From Selaginella moellendorffii (taxonomy: Eukaryota > Plantae > Lycopodiophyta), in assembly GCF_000143415.4 (NCBI RefSeq), contig NW_003314275.1, forward strand, positions 2,523,419-2,587,418: a DNA stretch of 64,000 nt, in the 5' to 3' direction. Below the pieces are notes generated by a model. The model was not told the origin of the DNA. It worked only from the letters and a program-made list of their open reading frames with translations, and ran no database searches. The translations under genes were made by a program, and so were the position numbers. Below are positions 25,688 to 37,458 of this stretch, piece after piece; within the stretch, counting starts at the first letter, position 1; each line of letters starts with the position of its first letter.

Positions 25688-28600
25688 CTAACTTGTCATG
25701 GACAGAGCTTTTCCTTGGGCGAATTTCCCCGTCCACGACTTGGGATACAACTCCACAGGCTCGCTGGAGATAATCTCGTCCAAAAACGCAGACATTCTTT
25801 GCCGCTTACACAGGCTGCCTGGAAAGCTTTTCTCGTGGGGAGCCTCGGGAGAATGAGTGTGTGTGAGATACCTTGAATTAAAAAACGATCAATCAGCGTA
25901 GGATCGGAAACAAGAGTTTAGTTTACTCACAACTGCTCTTTCGCACGGGTGATTCCAACGTAGAACAGCCGTCGCTCTTCTTCGGGGTCCGAGTTTTCGT
26001 GTGGCAAGATTCCCGCATTGACACCGACTATGAAGACACAGGGAAACTCCATTCCCTTTGAGGCATGGAGCGTCAGCAAGCCAACGTGTTCCTTGTTCGT
26101 TTCCTGTAGAAAGCTAACTTTAAGCTTTGCAGCACTTGAAAGGCTATATACATTTACCTTGTCATCAGAGGTTATTAGCATGACGTCTTCAAGGAAGCCG
26201 GCCAGGGCACGACGCCCCTTCCCATGCTTGCCTTCGGCAGAATCTGCGCTTTCCTGCACTTCAATAATTCAAGCCAACATTCGAAAATAAAAACGAAAAA
26301 CTACACCTTGAACTGTTCCACGACTTGACATCTTTTCTCAAAGATCCTCTGATCTTCCGTGTGCTCTTCCAAGTATTTAATAAACTGCGTCCTGTATATA
26401 GCCCGTGGTCTCAGATAATCTCGTAAAGAATCGAACTTACTTGTCAATTACAGCCTGAAGCAAGTTAGCAGAGGACTCCTTTTCACTGAGCTTCGTCAGC
26501 GACTCTAGAAGCTCACAAAAGCTCAAAACTGCCGTTCTGTGACAAGCACGACATAAGCGCCTAAAAAATAATCAGCCAAATGTGGATTCTACTTTGCCTT
26601 CGCTGTTATTCCCAAGTGCTTGTGTCCAGGATCATCCTCTTTGAGTTTCTGAAAAAAACTTCTTTAAGAATCACAAGAGATGTCAACGAGCCTGTACCAG
26701 TAACGCTTTGAAAAGTGGTAGATCTCGTTCCGAAGCCCATTGTTTGAGATGGAAAATTGTTTTCTCACCAATTCCTGTATTAGCCCACTCACTGGTTAGC
26801 GACAAGTTACACGGTACGTAACTTACCCCGAGGTGGCGTATTGATAATACGTGCCAGAGCGAGTTCATCATTACTATTGTGAATAAGTTTCAAGTAGCTG
26901 AGAAGGTCCTTTATCACCTTGTGCGAAAACAGTGGAGTTGCTCCTAGCAGCTTGTATGGTATATTTGCCTTGATTAATGCTGATTCTAGAAGAAAACTCT
27001 GCATAAAAGAAACTGATTGCTGGAAAATAACAAAGAAAAACGCGAGATACCTGTCTGTGAGTTCGATAGAGCACCGCACAGTCGCTCCATCTATCTTTCC
27101 TGGTTCGAATGATTTCATCGGCAACAAAACGACTTTCTTCAGTGGGGTCACTCAGCCAGCAGACCTTTACAGGTGCCGTCCAGGGCTGTAAAGTTCAAAA
27201 AGTTATATCGCATTATCGTATTATTTTTCTTACCTTAATGGAGATAGGCTTCAGAGCTTCTAATTGTCCAATGCGACGACTCATCATACTGTTTCCGATT
27301 ATTTTCGAAGCAGCACTGAGAATAGCCTTAGATGATCGATAATTCTTCCGCAGCTGTAGGTGATGTAAAATGTCGAAAGTAACTAAAAAGTTTTGCATAA
27401 ATTACCTGAAAAGTAGCTATCTGCGGGAAGTCGTTACCCAGGAGATATTGCATATTTCGTGACTCAGCACCTCGCCAACCATATATTGCCTACACCACGG
27501 ACAATGTCAACAAAAAGTTGCAAAAATTCAACACGGCTGTGACTACCTGATCGATGTCACCGACCACGAAAAGATTTTGATTTTCAGAGCAGAGTAAACG
27601 GATAAGCTCATACTGGGCCTGTATCGAAGCGTTCAGAAACATATAACGAACGATCCTGTTGGTACCTTGTCTGTGTCCTGGAACTCGTCGACAAGCACGT
27701 AAGACCATCGCTTCTCGAACCTCTGACAGCAACAAAGAAAAATCAAATCAAATCAGAAAACGAAACAATCGCTCAATCAACAAACGACCTTTGCTCCAGA
27801 CGCTGGCAAACACTGTTCCACAATCAGCGTGTTTCAGAGTAGAGTCCAACCTTTCGAGCTGACGGAGTCCGATGAAGCTCCATAATCGTCAAATAGATCA
27901 AATCGTCAAAGTCAGCCGCATTGTTCGCTCTTAGATGTTCCTGCGACAAGAAAAATAAGACGTGCCGAAGAGAAAGTAGAAAGCACCTCAAACATATGCA
28001 AAAGCTTGCTGACATCGTCGGTTAGAACCTTCGGGCGGGACGGAAGGTCTTTGCAGCGCTTTAACGCAACAAACCTCTCCAGGTACCAGCCTTTGGCTAA
28101 TCTCATGAGAAAAAGTCCTCGCTTCAAGTCCTCCGAAGGTATGCGAAAGTGAACCGGTTTTTTATCGGTGGATGTGTGGCTGGAAATTTCCAAGCCACCG
28201 AAAAGATTAAGAAGGCCCCATTTGGAAGCACCGGAGTTGCATTCGGATAAGTGACCCTCAGCTACCTGAAAACATCAAACGTGAATATGTTACATACCAT
28301 TTCCAAGTATCACCGTACCTTCACATATATATCTTTGAGAATCTTCTCACAGTCAGCTTCGTCATAGATAACAAAGGCCTGGCTTAATCCAGACTCGGGC
28401 TTTATGTCTGGAAGAAGCTGCTTCAAAAGCTTCGTACAAAAGCTATGGAACGTAGATATCTAAGAAAAAAAGATCAAGAAGGAAACAAAAGAAAAACACC
28501 ATTCTTCCTTACCGTGATTTTTCTCGCAGCATCAATCCCCACCAAGGACCCAATCCGGTGTCGGATTTCTTGCGCAGCTTTGTTTGTGAATGTAATGCAC

Positions 28601-28911
28601 TAGAAAATTCCACTTTCAGGAACTTCAAAGCCTACATTTTTACGTACCAAAATATTTTCCGGATCGATTGTGTTGTGCTTGATCTCGTGCACAATGCGAT
28701 GCGTGAGAACCAGCGTCTTCCCGGAGCCCGGACCCGCGACAACGCGCACGCATTTCTCTGTGGTTGTCACGGCCGCCTCCTGCTCGTCGTTAAGCCCCGA
28801 GAAATGGAGAGCCGACACGCAAGAAATCCTGAATCCACCGCGCAGCCGGCCACGGCAGCGCATCAGCGTCCCATACACTGGGAGAAATCGGCATTGCGGC
28901 GCGAGCATCAT
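25688..28911 (-). CDS. UvrD/PcrA/Rep-family SF1A DNA helicase with N-terminal transit-like extension (multi-exon)
   Basis: Q motif GLNDEQ, Walker A [99 protein letters not shown]. Confidence 0.92.
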
Positions 28912-29120
28912 CGCGAAGCGCGCAGCTTTCCACCGCGAGCGCGCCAAGAACGAGCATTCACATAAACCCTAAAGCCCAGACTAAAAGAACGAATATAGAA
29001 ACCAAATCTTTGTTTTATTTGCATCTAGCTCACAAATGTGAAATTGGTGTCTTTCTTCCACAAAAATGATTTTTATTTCTCCTCCCCCACAAATCTTTTC
29101 CCTTTCACTCTGATCACTTG

Positions 29121-29144
29121 TGTTGTTGTTGTTGTTGTTGTTGT
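29121..29144. repeat. (TGT)8/(CAA)n microsatellite downstream of the trehalase stop
   Basis: Read directly from the sequence. Confidence 0.9.
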
Positions 29145-29284
29145 ATGGTTTTGGGCTTGAATCTTCCCATTGTCACGTCTTTTTTCTTCATCGTCGTATC
29201 GTCTGGCGCCTCGCTCGTCTCGTCTCGTCGTCAAGTATCAGAAAGAATATCGTGTCGTTCTCTCCTCTGTGGAAAAAAGAAGGC

Positions 29285-32230
29285 TCACTCGCAGGTCAAT
29301 TTCTTCTCAGCGGCCCATCCAAATCTCTCGAACAGGCTCAGCACCACACCATTGCTCCATCCAAATCCAGCCTAGAACACGAACACAAGAACTTCTTAGA
29401 AAGAACTTCGAGAAAACAACTTTAGCTTACCTGTGGCAAGTATTCTCCTCCCGATCCAACTTTACCACAGTACCGAGCATCGTACTTCTCCTGCATCTCT
29501 CCAGTCTCCAGGTATCCTACATAGTTCGTCTCCAACCACCGTCTAGAGATATCCTTGGCCAGAGCAATCCCTTCTTCGTTCTCAGTGAGCGCAAAGCCCT
29601 CTATGATCATGTGTTGAAGAGGAGCCCAAGCATTTGGGTAATCCCTGTTGAAGCAAAGCAACACAGATTAGCACCAGGGATTCCGCAAACAACTCCACTG
29701 TTCTCACCATTGTTGTCCTGTTTGTAAAAGCGAGGTCGTAATCCCAGCTGGTAGCAGCAGTCCCGATTCTTTGAACGACGCTATCATTTTTTGGATTTTC
29801 CTATCGCCTGTATGCAGCAAAAGATTTCTTTATGAGAAACCATCGCACTTGGGAAATTCTTTTTACCTGGTGGAACAACGCCGCACCAAAGAGGTATAAA
29901 GTTGGACGGGTAAGCGTCAGTGTTGTGATGTTCTGGGAGAAAGTCGTACGTAACCTGTGAAAGCAACAAAATCAATGACCACGTCTCACGGAAAAAAAAA
30001 AAAAAAAAAAGGGGGCCACAAGCCATCACGGAAGAGATGGAGCCTCTTCCCTGATGGCTTATGGCCCCCTTTTAGAGGTTTTTCGGGTTTAGAAGGTACC
30101 TCAAATGCCTTGTAATTGGCGGCGCTGTTTGTAGCGTTTCGCTTGACGAGCCAGTAGTCGAGATACTGACCCATCTCTTCATTCCATAGAATGGCGTCCA
30201 TTGCAATCTTTCTAGAGTTTGCAAGCTTATAAAAGTGTTTCTCATAGTCAGACTTTCCAAGCAACTTCGCAAAAAGAGCAATGTTGTTTTCCATCTGAAT
30301 GCGCAACCAAGCAAATACAAATTATTTAGTCGCAAATACTTAACCATCGCTGTTGTTACCTGTACAAGAAACGCGTTTAGATCCACTGGCAGGATGAAAG
30401 ACGTCTTCATCGTTTTAAGATTGTGACGATCCCTGTGGGAAGAGAACCGGGATTAGAAATCAGATAAGACACAAAAAGCATTTAGACGCACTCCATCCAG
30501 CGAGAGCTGAAGTCCCAGCCACTCTCAGCAGCAGTGGCAATGTGGTGATAAAGCTCAGCTCGCTGGTGTCGCTCCAAACCTTTCGCAATTTGCATGTCCT
30601 GTGAAGACAAAAACAATAATTAAGAACGGGTTAGAAAGAGATTGTGATCTTACAATAGTGGAAGATTCGGGCCGTGGTTCATCCCACATAGCATAATATC
30701 TTGTTAACACATGCTCAACACCGTTTGCGTCACGGATATGAACTCGGTGAGGATCTGGATCACCGAAAACGTTCAGCGAAACAAGGCAAGACGGATTATA
30801 AAACCAACAAAAACTCACCAGCACACCAAAAGTTATGCTCCTTGAGAAGAGCCGGGAATGCCTTTTCCACAAACGAAACGTCCTTGGTCTCATGATAGAT
30901 GGCCATGACGGCTTCGCTAAGCAGCGGGGGTTGGCTTCCTGTCAAGTCAAGAAAACGCATGAGTTAACCACATAACTTGCGAGGCGTTTAGGAAACTTAC
31001 GGTTAGTGTAATAGGTGCGAGCACCATTTGGAATAAATCCAAAAGAATTGGCAAGGAACATCAGATTCTCCACGACATTCCTGGCCGTTTCGTAGAGCTT
31101 ACTCACGAGAAGACCTCTGCAAGAAAAAAATGAAAAACCAAGAGAGATTTACACTTTTGAGGAAGAACACAAAAAGAAAAACGCGAGAAAAACTCTAGAC
31201 CAACCTGACGATCCAGTAAGTATCCCAGTAGTAAACCTCCCTGAATCTGGCACCGGGAACGACGACTGGATTTGGAAGAGGTATCAGAGTGTGCTGGTGT
31301 GGATCCTTGTGCACCCTCTCCTTAACTTTCCTCGCCAAGAGCCACCACAGCGAATGCATCTTGAGCGCAAAGTCGCGAGCCGCGGGATTTGTAACATTCG
31401 CGAGGAACCCCTCTGGCTCGTTCTTAAAATCGGTGAGGTTGTCGGGTAGGAGATCGCTCCCGGGTTTGTCACAGAACTCGTTAAGGAAATGGTTAAACTC
31501 GCCTGCGCCAAGAAAAGAAACCAAACGGGTGTTAGATCGCGAGAGAACGAACACAATGCATCGAATTCCACCACGAAATTGAGAAAGAGAGGGAAGATTT
31601 CTTGCCTGTGTCGACGCTACCGTTGTTGTTCTGGAAGAGACTGACGAACGCCTCCTTGGTCGATGGCAGCGAGTGCTTGAGCGGCAGATCTACATAGACC
31701 TTAGGGTCGAAGTCGTGATCCCCTTCCACCTGGAGCGCCGCGTTCTGGATCATCACCAAGAACGACTCCAAATCCGTGTGATTCCTCATCACCACGGGCG
31801 TGCGGTAGCAACCATTGCAGCAAGGGATCTCCTCCATGGCCGAGATAGATCCGAGGGCCCGGCCGCTGGATTGAAGCTGCGGCTGCGCCGATTGCTCCTC
31901 CCCCGTGACGAATCCGCCCTGCCGCAGCGACTGGAGGCCCGATGCTACCGCGGATGCCGAGGGCGGCGGCGGCGACGCAGTGGCGCTAGGGTAGGCTGCT
32001 GCCGATGGCGATGGCGAGGACGACGATGCGGCGATGAGATGCGGCAGCCGTGCGAGCATTATCACCAACAGCAGAGCGGGCGAGGAGGATGATCGGGCGC
32101 GAGGAGGAGGAGTGGCGGAGGAGGAGAAGAGGCGCCGAGGCGGAGACGAAGCACACGGAGAGCACGAAGAATGATAAACAGGGGAAGAGAAATGGACGAC
32201 CTGGCTCACCACGGGATTTGGGACCGCCAT
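29285..32230 (-). CDS. TRE1: Trehalase, GH37 (multi-exon)
   Basis: DPKVYVD, VVPGARFREVYYWDTYW, PNGARTYY, SQPPLLS, PRPES, AAESGWDFSSRW, PVDLNAF, DYPNAWAPLQHM, EKYDA..GGEYLPQAGFGWSNG; stop at 29285. Start at 32230 is the most upstream plausible ATG; downstream ATGs exist. Confidence 0.95.
30007..30073 (-). other. Intronic hairpin (~30-bp stem, 7-nt loop) followed by U19 on the pre-mRNA strand
   Basis: 30011-30036 and 30044-30069 are inverted repeats; A19 at 29992-30010; lies in trehalase intron 29955-30099. Confidence 0.85.
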
Positions 32231-34928
32231 GCGCCCGCCCAGTGTGAATAGGGAGCTCCAGTCATAAATCAAATAAATCAAAAAGTTTTATTAAAGGATT
32301 AAAAGGAGGAAAAAATGGGAGAAAAGGGATATACCTCAAGCCGGCGGTTGATGCCTCGCCTAGATCAACGCCTGTGATGCGGGCGCACTGGAATTAGGTG
32401 GCTGCGTGTGTGCGACCAAACGAACGAGCGATACGAGAGCACCGATGCGCGGAGAAACCCCAGTGGCTTCCTAGGGCATTATATACCCACCACCTTTTGT
32501 TTGGATCCTATCGAAGCTCTCTCTGTCGCGATGGCCTCTTCCTCCACGGTACCAAAACTTAACAATGTGGCGATGCTTGCAGTGTCAGTCTAGGATCCAC
32601 ACACAGCCAAATTTCTCTTGCGTCTCTCGAATTTTTTTTGTGGCGATGGGGGTTGACTCGTGTAACTACGGTATTGCTCGCCGCCAGTACGCTTAGTCAC
32701 TGGCGCGATGTGGCAACGCACGCAGCCGGGTGTCTATACGCAAATTCATCTCGGCTAGCTAGAGTATTGTGGCAGTGTCGTTTGGTTTGATCGAGTGGGG
32801 ATGCTTGACCAGTGGGTTTGATTGATACTAGCCCAGTGAAACACTCCATGTGACAAAACCATGTGGGGCACAACGACGCCACCTCCCTTATCTATCCACA
32901 ACAACAATTATACATGGTGTTTTAAACACCGTATATGTGCGTGTCTTGCGGTTGAGAGCCGGCCCTGGACACAAATGTAGGTGGCGTTCTCTTGCGGGTC
33001 AAGATTCAACAGCCAGCTAGGTCAAGCTCCCGCGGAATCGAACCCGGCAACGAATATGATCCCGGCCAATGGCACCCGTGCCGTACGTGGATGCGCGTGC
33101 GCACGCAAAACACGAGGTGGGTTGGGTACGGCATTTACCTCGCGCCCCCATGGATAAGATCGAACTGGCGAAGGAGCACAGTAACTTAAGGTTAAAACCT
33201 TATCCACAACAAGAGAAGGCCACAAACATGACATTGCGTTTCGTGGAGTCGTGGTGACAGTTAGGTGACAACCGAGGACAGCAGCCTTTTGGAGTGCTGT
33301 CACTAGATTCGCATCCCGCGAATATTCCCATCGTCACGTCAAACTTAATGCCCCCAGTTCCATCCTTCTTCAAGAAAGAAGAAAAGACCTAATTTATTCG
33401 AGAAGAAGCTCTCTGTTCTTTGGATCTGAAACTCGAATGGAAAACGACGACTGCGAGATCTAACTTGAATCTTGTGACTTGTAAACAAATCGGAGCGCAG
33501 GGCGGATTAGTTTACACCTATCCTGTCCCGGAAGATGGAAGAAATCTTATATAAAACGTGTGATACTCCGTACGCTCGGGTACTGGGCATCCGTACGTCC
33601 GGGCTGGACTGTACATGACATGTTTGGGCATTTTCGCTGTCCCCGGCGACAAAAAATGGAATCAAGTGTACAAATACGTTGCCAGCACTTGCGTGGTTGT
33701 GACGTGGTTGGCATTCCCTCGAATCGGCAAATGCCGGATCAAAGGCATCTGCTATACGTGGTCCGATCTGCCTGTTCTAAGTAACGTTCTTGTCACTCAC
33801 ACACTTCCACACACAAGAACACAATCAGACAAAGAGGTGGACAAAGGTGGCATCTCCACCCGGGGTCACACTTGGAGACAATGGATTGGGATTGATGGAT
33901 AGGTGGATGTCGCAAAGAGAATTTTGTTTAGTCAAACCTCCACATCTAACCTTCAAAGATACGGAGGCTATAGTTTCGATCACCCGCAATGTCTCAGACA
34001 ATTTCTCAACGGGGTTCCATCCGCAATCTTTGAAATTTCCATTAATCCAATCTAACAATGGTCTAAGTAGTGGAAAGTTGGTTGTGTCCTGTCTGGATAA
34101 CGGCCGTACACCGACGTGGTGCCACGTCCGCCCGGCCATCGCCCGCCACAAGCTCCCTCCTACGCGTCCACGTCACGCGCGTCCCGAGGCCCATGTCATA
34201 TAACAAAAGCGCGAAAAGCCGCCCACCACCAGCACATTGGCCGGGCTCGATCCCCGGATCTTTCCCCTCAGCCCCTGGCACAAGGTGGTCCCGGGTTCCA
34301 GTCCTCTCCACTGCTCCCACATCGCTTTCGCGATTCGGTTCCTTTGTCGATATCGCCAAGCAGCCTGGCACTACAATAGCAAGAAAAAGGAAGAAAAGAT
34401 GCTCGCCCGCGACGAACAGCATCCCTAGATAGCGACCATTTGGGGCGAGAAGCTTAAAAGTCGCCATTAGCCTCGTGTCTATCGTCAGCATATATACACA
34501 GCGTTGCCTTCTCTTTAATGGACGGACATGGCGAGCTTTGTGTGGCCAGGGAGGGAACCCTAGACCAGTCCAAGAATCACGGACCCAAGCTTTGGACCTC
34601 ATGGAATGGAGTGGAGCCCTAGATATCAAGTAGTCCAAGAATCACGCTAACTTGTGAAACCCTTGGAACGCGTGATATTCTCTCTTTTCTTCTTCTTCTT
34701 TCTACCACGCGCGGGCGCTGGCCTTGGGCGTGTGTGGGGGTTTTTTTGAGTAACGGGATTCCTGTATGGAATCCTTGGCCAAGCGCCACAAACGCTTGTG
34801 GGGGGACTTTAACGCCTTACTCGCGTTCGCGCGTAAACTAGCAGATATTTCAAAATTTTGAATTTGAACTTTAAGGCTAGCGAATTTTTGAATTTGAATT
34901 TTAGGGTTCATGTGTCAAGAGGGATTTG

Positions 34929-37088
34929 ATGCTGCGCGCGCGTCGCCATCGCGCCACGATCACTCGCCAACATCGAAAGGGATTTGCTTCCAGCAGCGGC
35001 ACTGGTCACGACAGCGACATTAGAGGATTGCGAGCCGCGATTGAGGAGCTGGAGCTCTGCGATCGTGTGCGCTGCGACGAGGTCTACGCCCGCCTCCTCC
35101 GGCAGTGCGCGGATTTGAGGGCGCTGCCCGAGACGCGGCGGATCGACGCGCACATCTCCGCCTCGGCAGAGTTCCATGGGAATCGATTCCTGGGAAATCT
35201 CCTCGTCAAGGCGTATGGCAATTGCGGCAGCGTGGACGATGCTAGATCGGCGTTTGCGGGCATCCGGCAGACGAAGAACAGCCACACTTGGAACTTGCTC
35301 CTGGCCGCGTATGCCAAGAACGGGCATCGCGAGAAATGCGTGGGTCTCTTCGAGCAAATCCCAGAGAAGAACGTTATGTCGTGGAATTTCCTGATCCAGG
35401 CGCACTCGAGCAAGGACGAGCTTGTAAATGCGCGAAAGGTTCTTGAGAAAATGCCCCACCGCAACATGATCTCCTTCACGATTCTGATATCCTGTCACAC
35501 CCAGTACGGGGATTTGGATCTCGCGAGAGATTTCTTCGATCAGATGCCCGAAAAGGACACCGTCGCATGGAATTCGATGCTCCAGGCATACGTCCGTCAC
35601 CGAGATATTGTCTCCGCGAAAGAGATGTTCGACGCCATCGCTCCCAAGACCCTCGTCACGCTCACGACAATGATTCGCGCGTATGCCCAGACAGGGCATA
35701 TCGATCATGCCCGAGAGATCTTTGATACGATCCATCACCCGGACGCCATAGCCTGGAACATCATGATACAGGGCTACTGCGACGCTGGCTCAATCGATCA
35801 AGCAAGGATTTTGTTCCAGAGAATGCCAGATCCAGATGCCTTTACTTGCAGCTTGATGCTATCGGGATTTGCCGCGATGGGGCTTGTGGATGATGCAAAA
35901 GCTCTCTTTGATAGATCGCGGCAGGAGGACCCAGTCGCGTGGAATTCTATGATCACGGCCTACGCTCACAGTGGCCGTGTTGAAGAAGCCAAATTTCTCT
36001 TCGATCAGCGCCCGGATCATCACAAGCACGTCGCGAGCTCCTGGAACGCGATGATCGCCGCGTATGCCGAAAACGGGCATCTAGTCGAGGCAGCGGGCTT
36101 GCTGGAAGCAATGCCACCGGCGATCCAGAACGAGATCTCTTGGAACACTCTTCTCTGCGGATTCGTGAGCCGCGATATGTTGGATCAGGCCAAGGATGTC
36201 TTCGAGAGGATCCCAATCAAGTCGGTGCTCGCCGCCAACACCATGCTCGCGGCGTATGCCCTCACCGGGCAGCACATCAAGGAGGCGATGAGCGTGTTCA
36301 CCACGATCGATGATCCGGATCCCGTGTCGTGGGCGTCGATCGTGGGTGCCCACGCGCGAGCTGGGCAGGGAAGAGAAGCGATCCGTCGATTCCAGCTCAT
36401 GGATCTGGCCGGGGTGAGGCCGAAAGAGGCAGCCCTCACTGCTGTTCTTGACGCCTGCTCCTCGATCTCCTCCTCGGGGCTGCGATTTGGCCGCATCATC
36501 CACGGCGAGATTGAGGACGATCGAGGGCTGGCGCTGGGGAATTCGCTGCTCAACATGTATGGGAAATGCGGTGCTAGCATCGAGGAGGCCGAGATGGTCT
36601 TTGCAAGAATGGCGACGAGGAACACCGTGTCGTGGAACGTGATGCTCGCGGGCTATGCACAAAACGGGCATAGCTCGCAAGTTCTCGAGCTCTTCGCGGT
36701 GATGATCCTGGAAGGCGAGGCCCCGCCCAGCAAGATCACTCTCGTCTCGGTCCTCTCGGCTTGCAGCCACGCCGGGCTCCTCCACGACGGCCTCGCTTGC
36801 TTCGCATCGATCCGCGACGACTTTGGCATCGGTGCGCATGAGGATCACTACAAATGCGTCGTGGATCTTCTGGGCCGATCAGGCCAGCTCGAGGCGGCCG
36901 AGAGTTTCATCCAGAGCTTGCCGTTCAAGGCCGACAGTGGAGTGTGGACAGCGCTCTTGAGCGCTTGTAGCAGCCAAGGAAGCGTCCATGGAGGAGCTCG
37001 AGCGGCGCTAAGCATGGTGGATACTGAGCCAGGGGAATCGTCACTGCCATACGTGATGCTCTCCAACATCCATGCCACTACTAATTGA
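34929..37088 (+). CDS. PLS-class PPR protein with E domain, no DYW (single exon)
   Basis: 720-aa ORF; Arg-rich N-terminus, tandem SWN.M..AYA repeats, LSACSHAGLL..HYKCVVDLLGRSGQL..WTALLSAC..YVMLSNI. Confidence 0.95.
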   Translation: MLRARRHRATITRQHRKGFASSSGTGHDSDIRGLRAAIEELELCDRVRCDEVYARLLRQCADLRALPETRRIDAHISASAEFHGNRFLGNLLVKAYGNCGSVDDARSAFAGIRQTKNSHTWNLLLAAYAKNGHREKCVGLFEQIPEKNVMSWNFLIQAHSSKDELVNARKVLEKMPHRNMISFTILISCHTQYGDLDLARDFFDQMPEKDTVAWNSMLQAYVRHRDIVSAKEMFDAIAPKTLVTLTTMIRAYAQTGHIDHAREIFDTIHHPDAIAWNIMIQGYCDAGSIDQARILFQRMPDPDAFTCSLMLSGFAAMGLVDDAKALFDRSRQEDPVAWNSMITAYAHSGRVEEAKFLFDQRPDHHKHVASSWNAMIAAYAENGHLVEAAGLLEAMPPAIQNEISWNTLLCGFVSRDMLDQAKDVFERIPIKSVLAANTMLAAYALTGQHIKEAMSVFTTIDDPDPVSWASIVGAHARAGQGREAIRRFQLMDLAGVRPKEAALTAVLDACSSISSSGLRFGRIIHGEIEDDRGLALGNSLLNMYGKCGASIEEAEMVFARMATRNTVSWNVMLAGYAQNGHSSQVLELFAVMILEGEAPPSKITLVSVLSACSHAGLLHDGLACFASIRDDFGIGAHEDHYKCVVDLLGRSGQLEAAESFIQSLPFKADSGVWTALLSACSSQGSVHGGARAALSMVDTEPGESSLPYVMLSNIHATTN

Positions 37089-37223
37089 TAATCAGATTGT
37101 AGTGTGTTGTTGATTATAATTGACTATCGTTGACTTGAATTAGAAGCCTGGTGGGCCCATATACGTTAGTGTCCTGACCTAGCCAGACGCTTAAAATTTG
37201 TACATTTTAAATATTTTGCAAAC

Positions 37224-37295
37224 ATCAGAGTGGCGCAGCGGAAGCGCGGTGGGCCCATAACCCACAGGTCGGAGGATCGAAACCTCCCTCTGATA
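37224..37295 (+). tRNA. Initiator tRNA-Met (CAT)
   Basis: 72-nt cloverleaf ATCAGAG...CTCTGAT-A with A1:U72, GGG/CCC anticodon stem, CAT anticodon, ATCGAAA T-loop (A54/A60); upstream CAA and downstream T-runs. Confidence 0.97.
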
Positions 37296-37458
37296 ATCGC
37301 GTTTTCTTTTTCTTACATTGGCCTGGATCTTATTGCAATGAATCAAGACAATGTTGATACTACCAAAAATGTCTTTTCACTATAGCTAAAAGCTCACAGC
37401 AATTCTTCTTGCAGTCTGTATTCACAAGTGTGCAGCTGAGGGTTCTTCTGTCTACATG

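Noticed and set aside
29118-29375. Poly-Cys/poly-Leu ORFs
   Set aside because: Translation of the (TGT)n microsatellite, antisense to the trehalase 3' end.
33022-33110. tRNA or SINE on the minus strand (GGGTTCGATTCC B-box-like)
   Set aside because: No A-box at the right spacing and no cloverleaf.
34700-34845. Helitron 3' end (GC-rich mini-hairpin plus CTAG)
   Set aside because: Hairpin is weak, CTAG is not followed by T, and no 5' TC end can be assigned.
37150-37161. gtgggcccata upstream of the tRNA as a second tRNA fragment
   Set aside because: Only an 11-nt match; also fits a common TGGGCC site-II motif.
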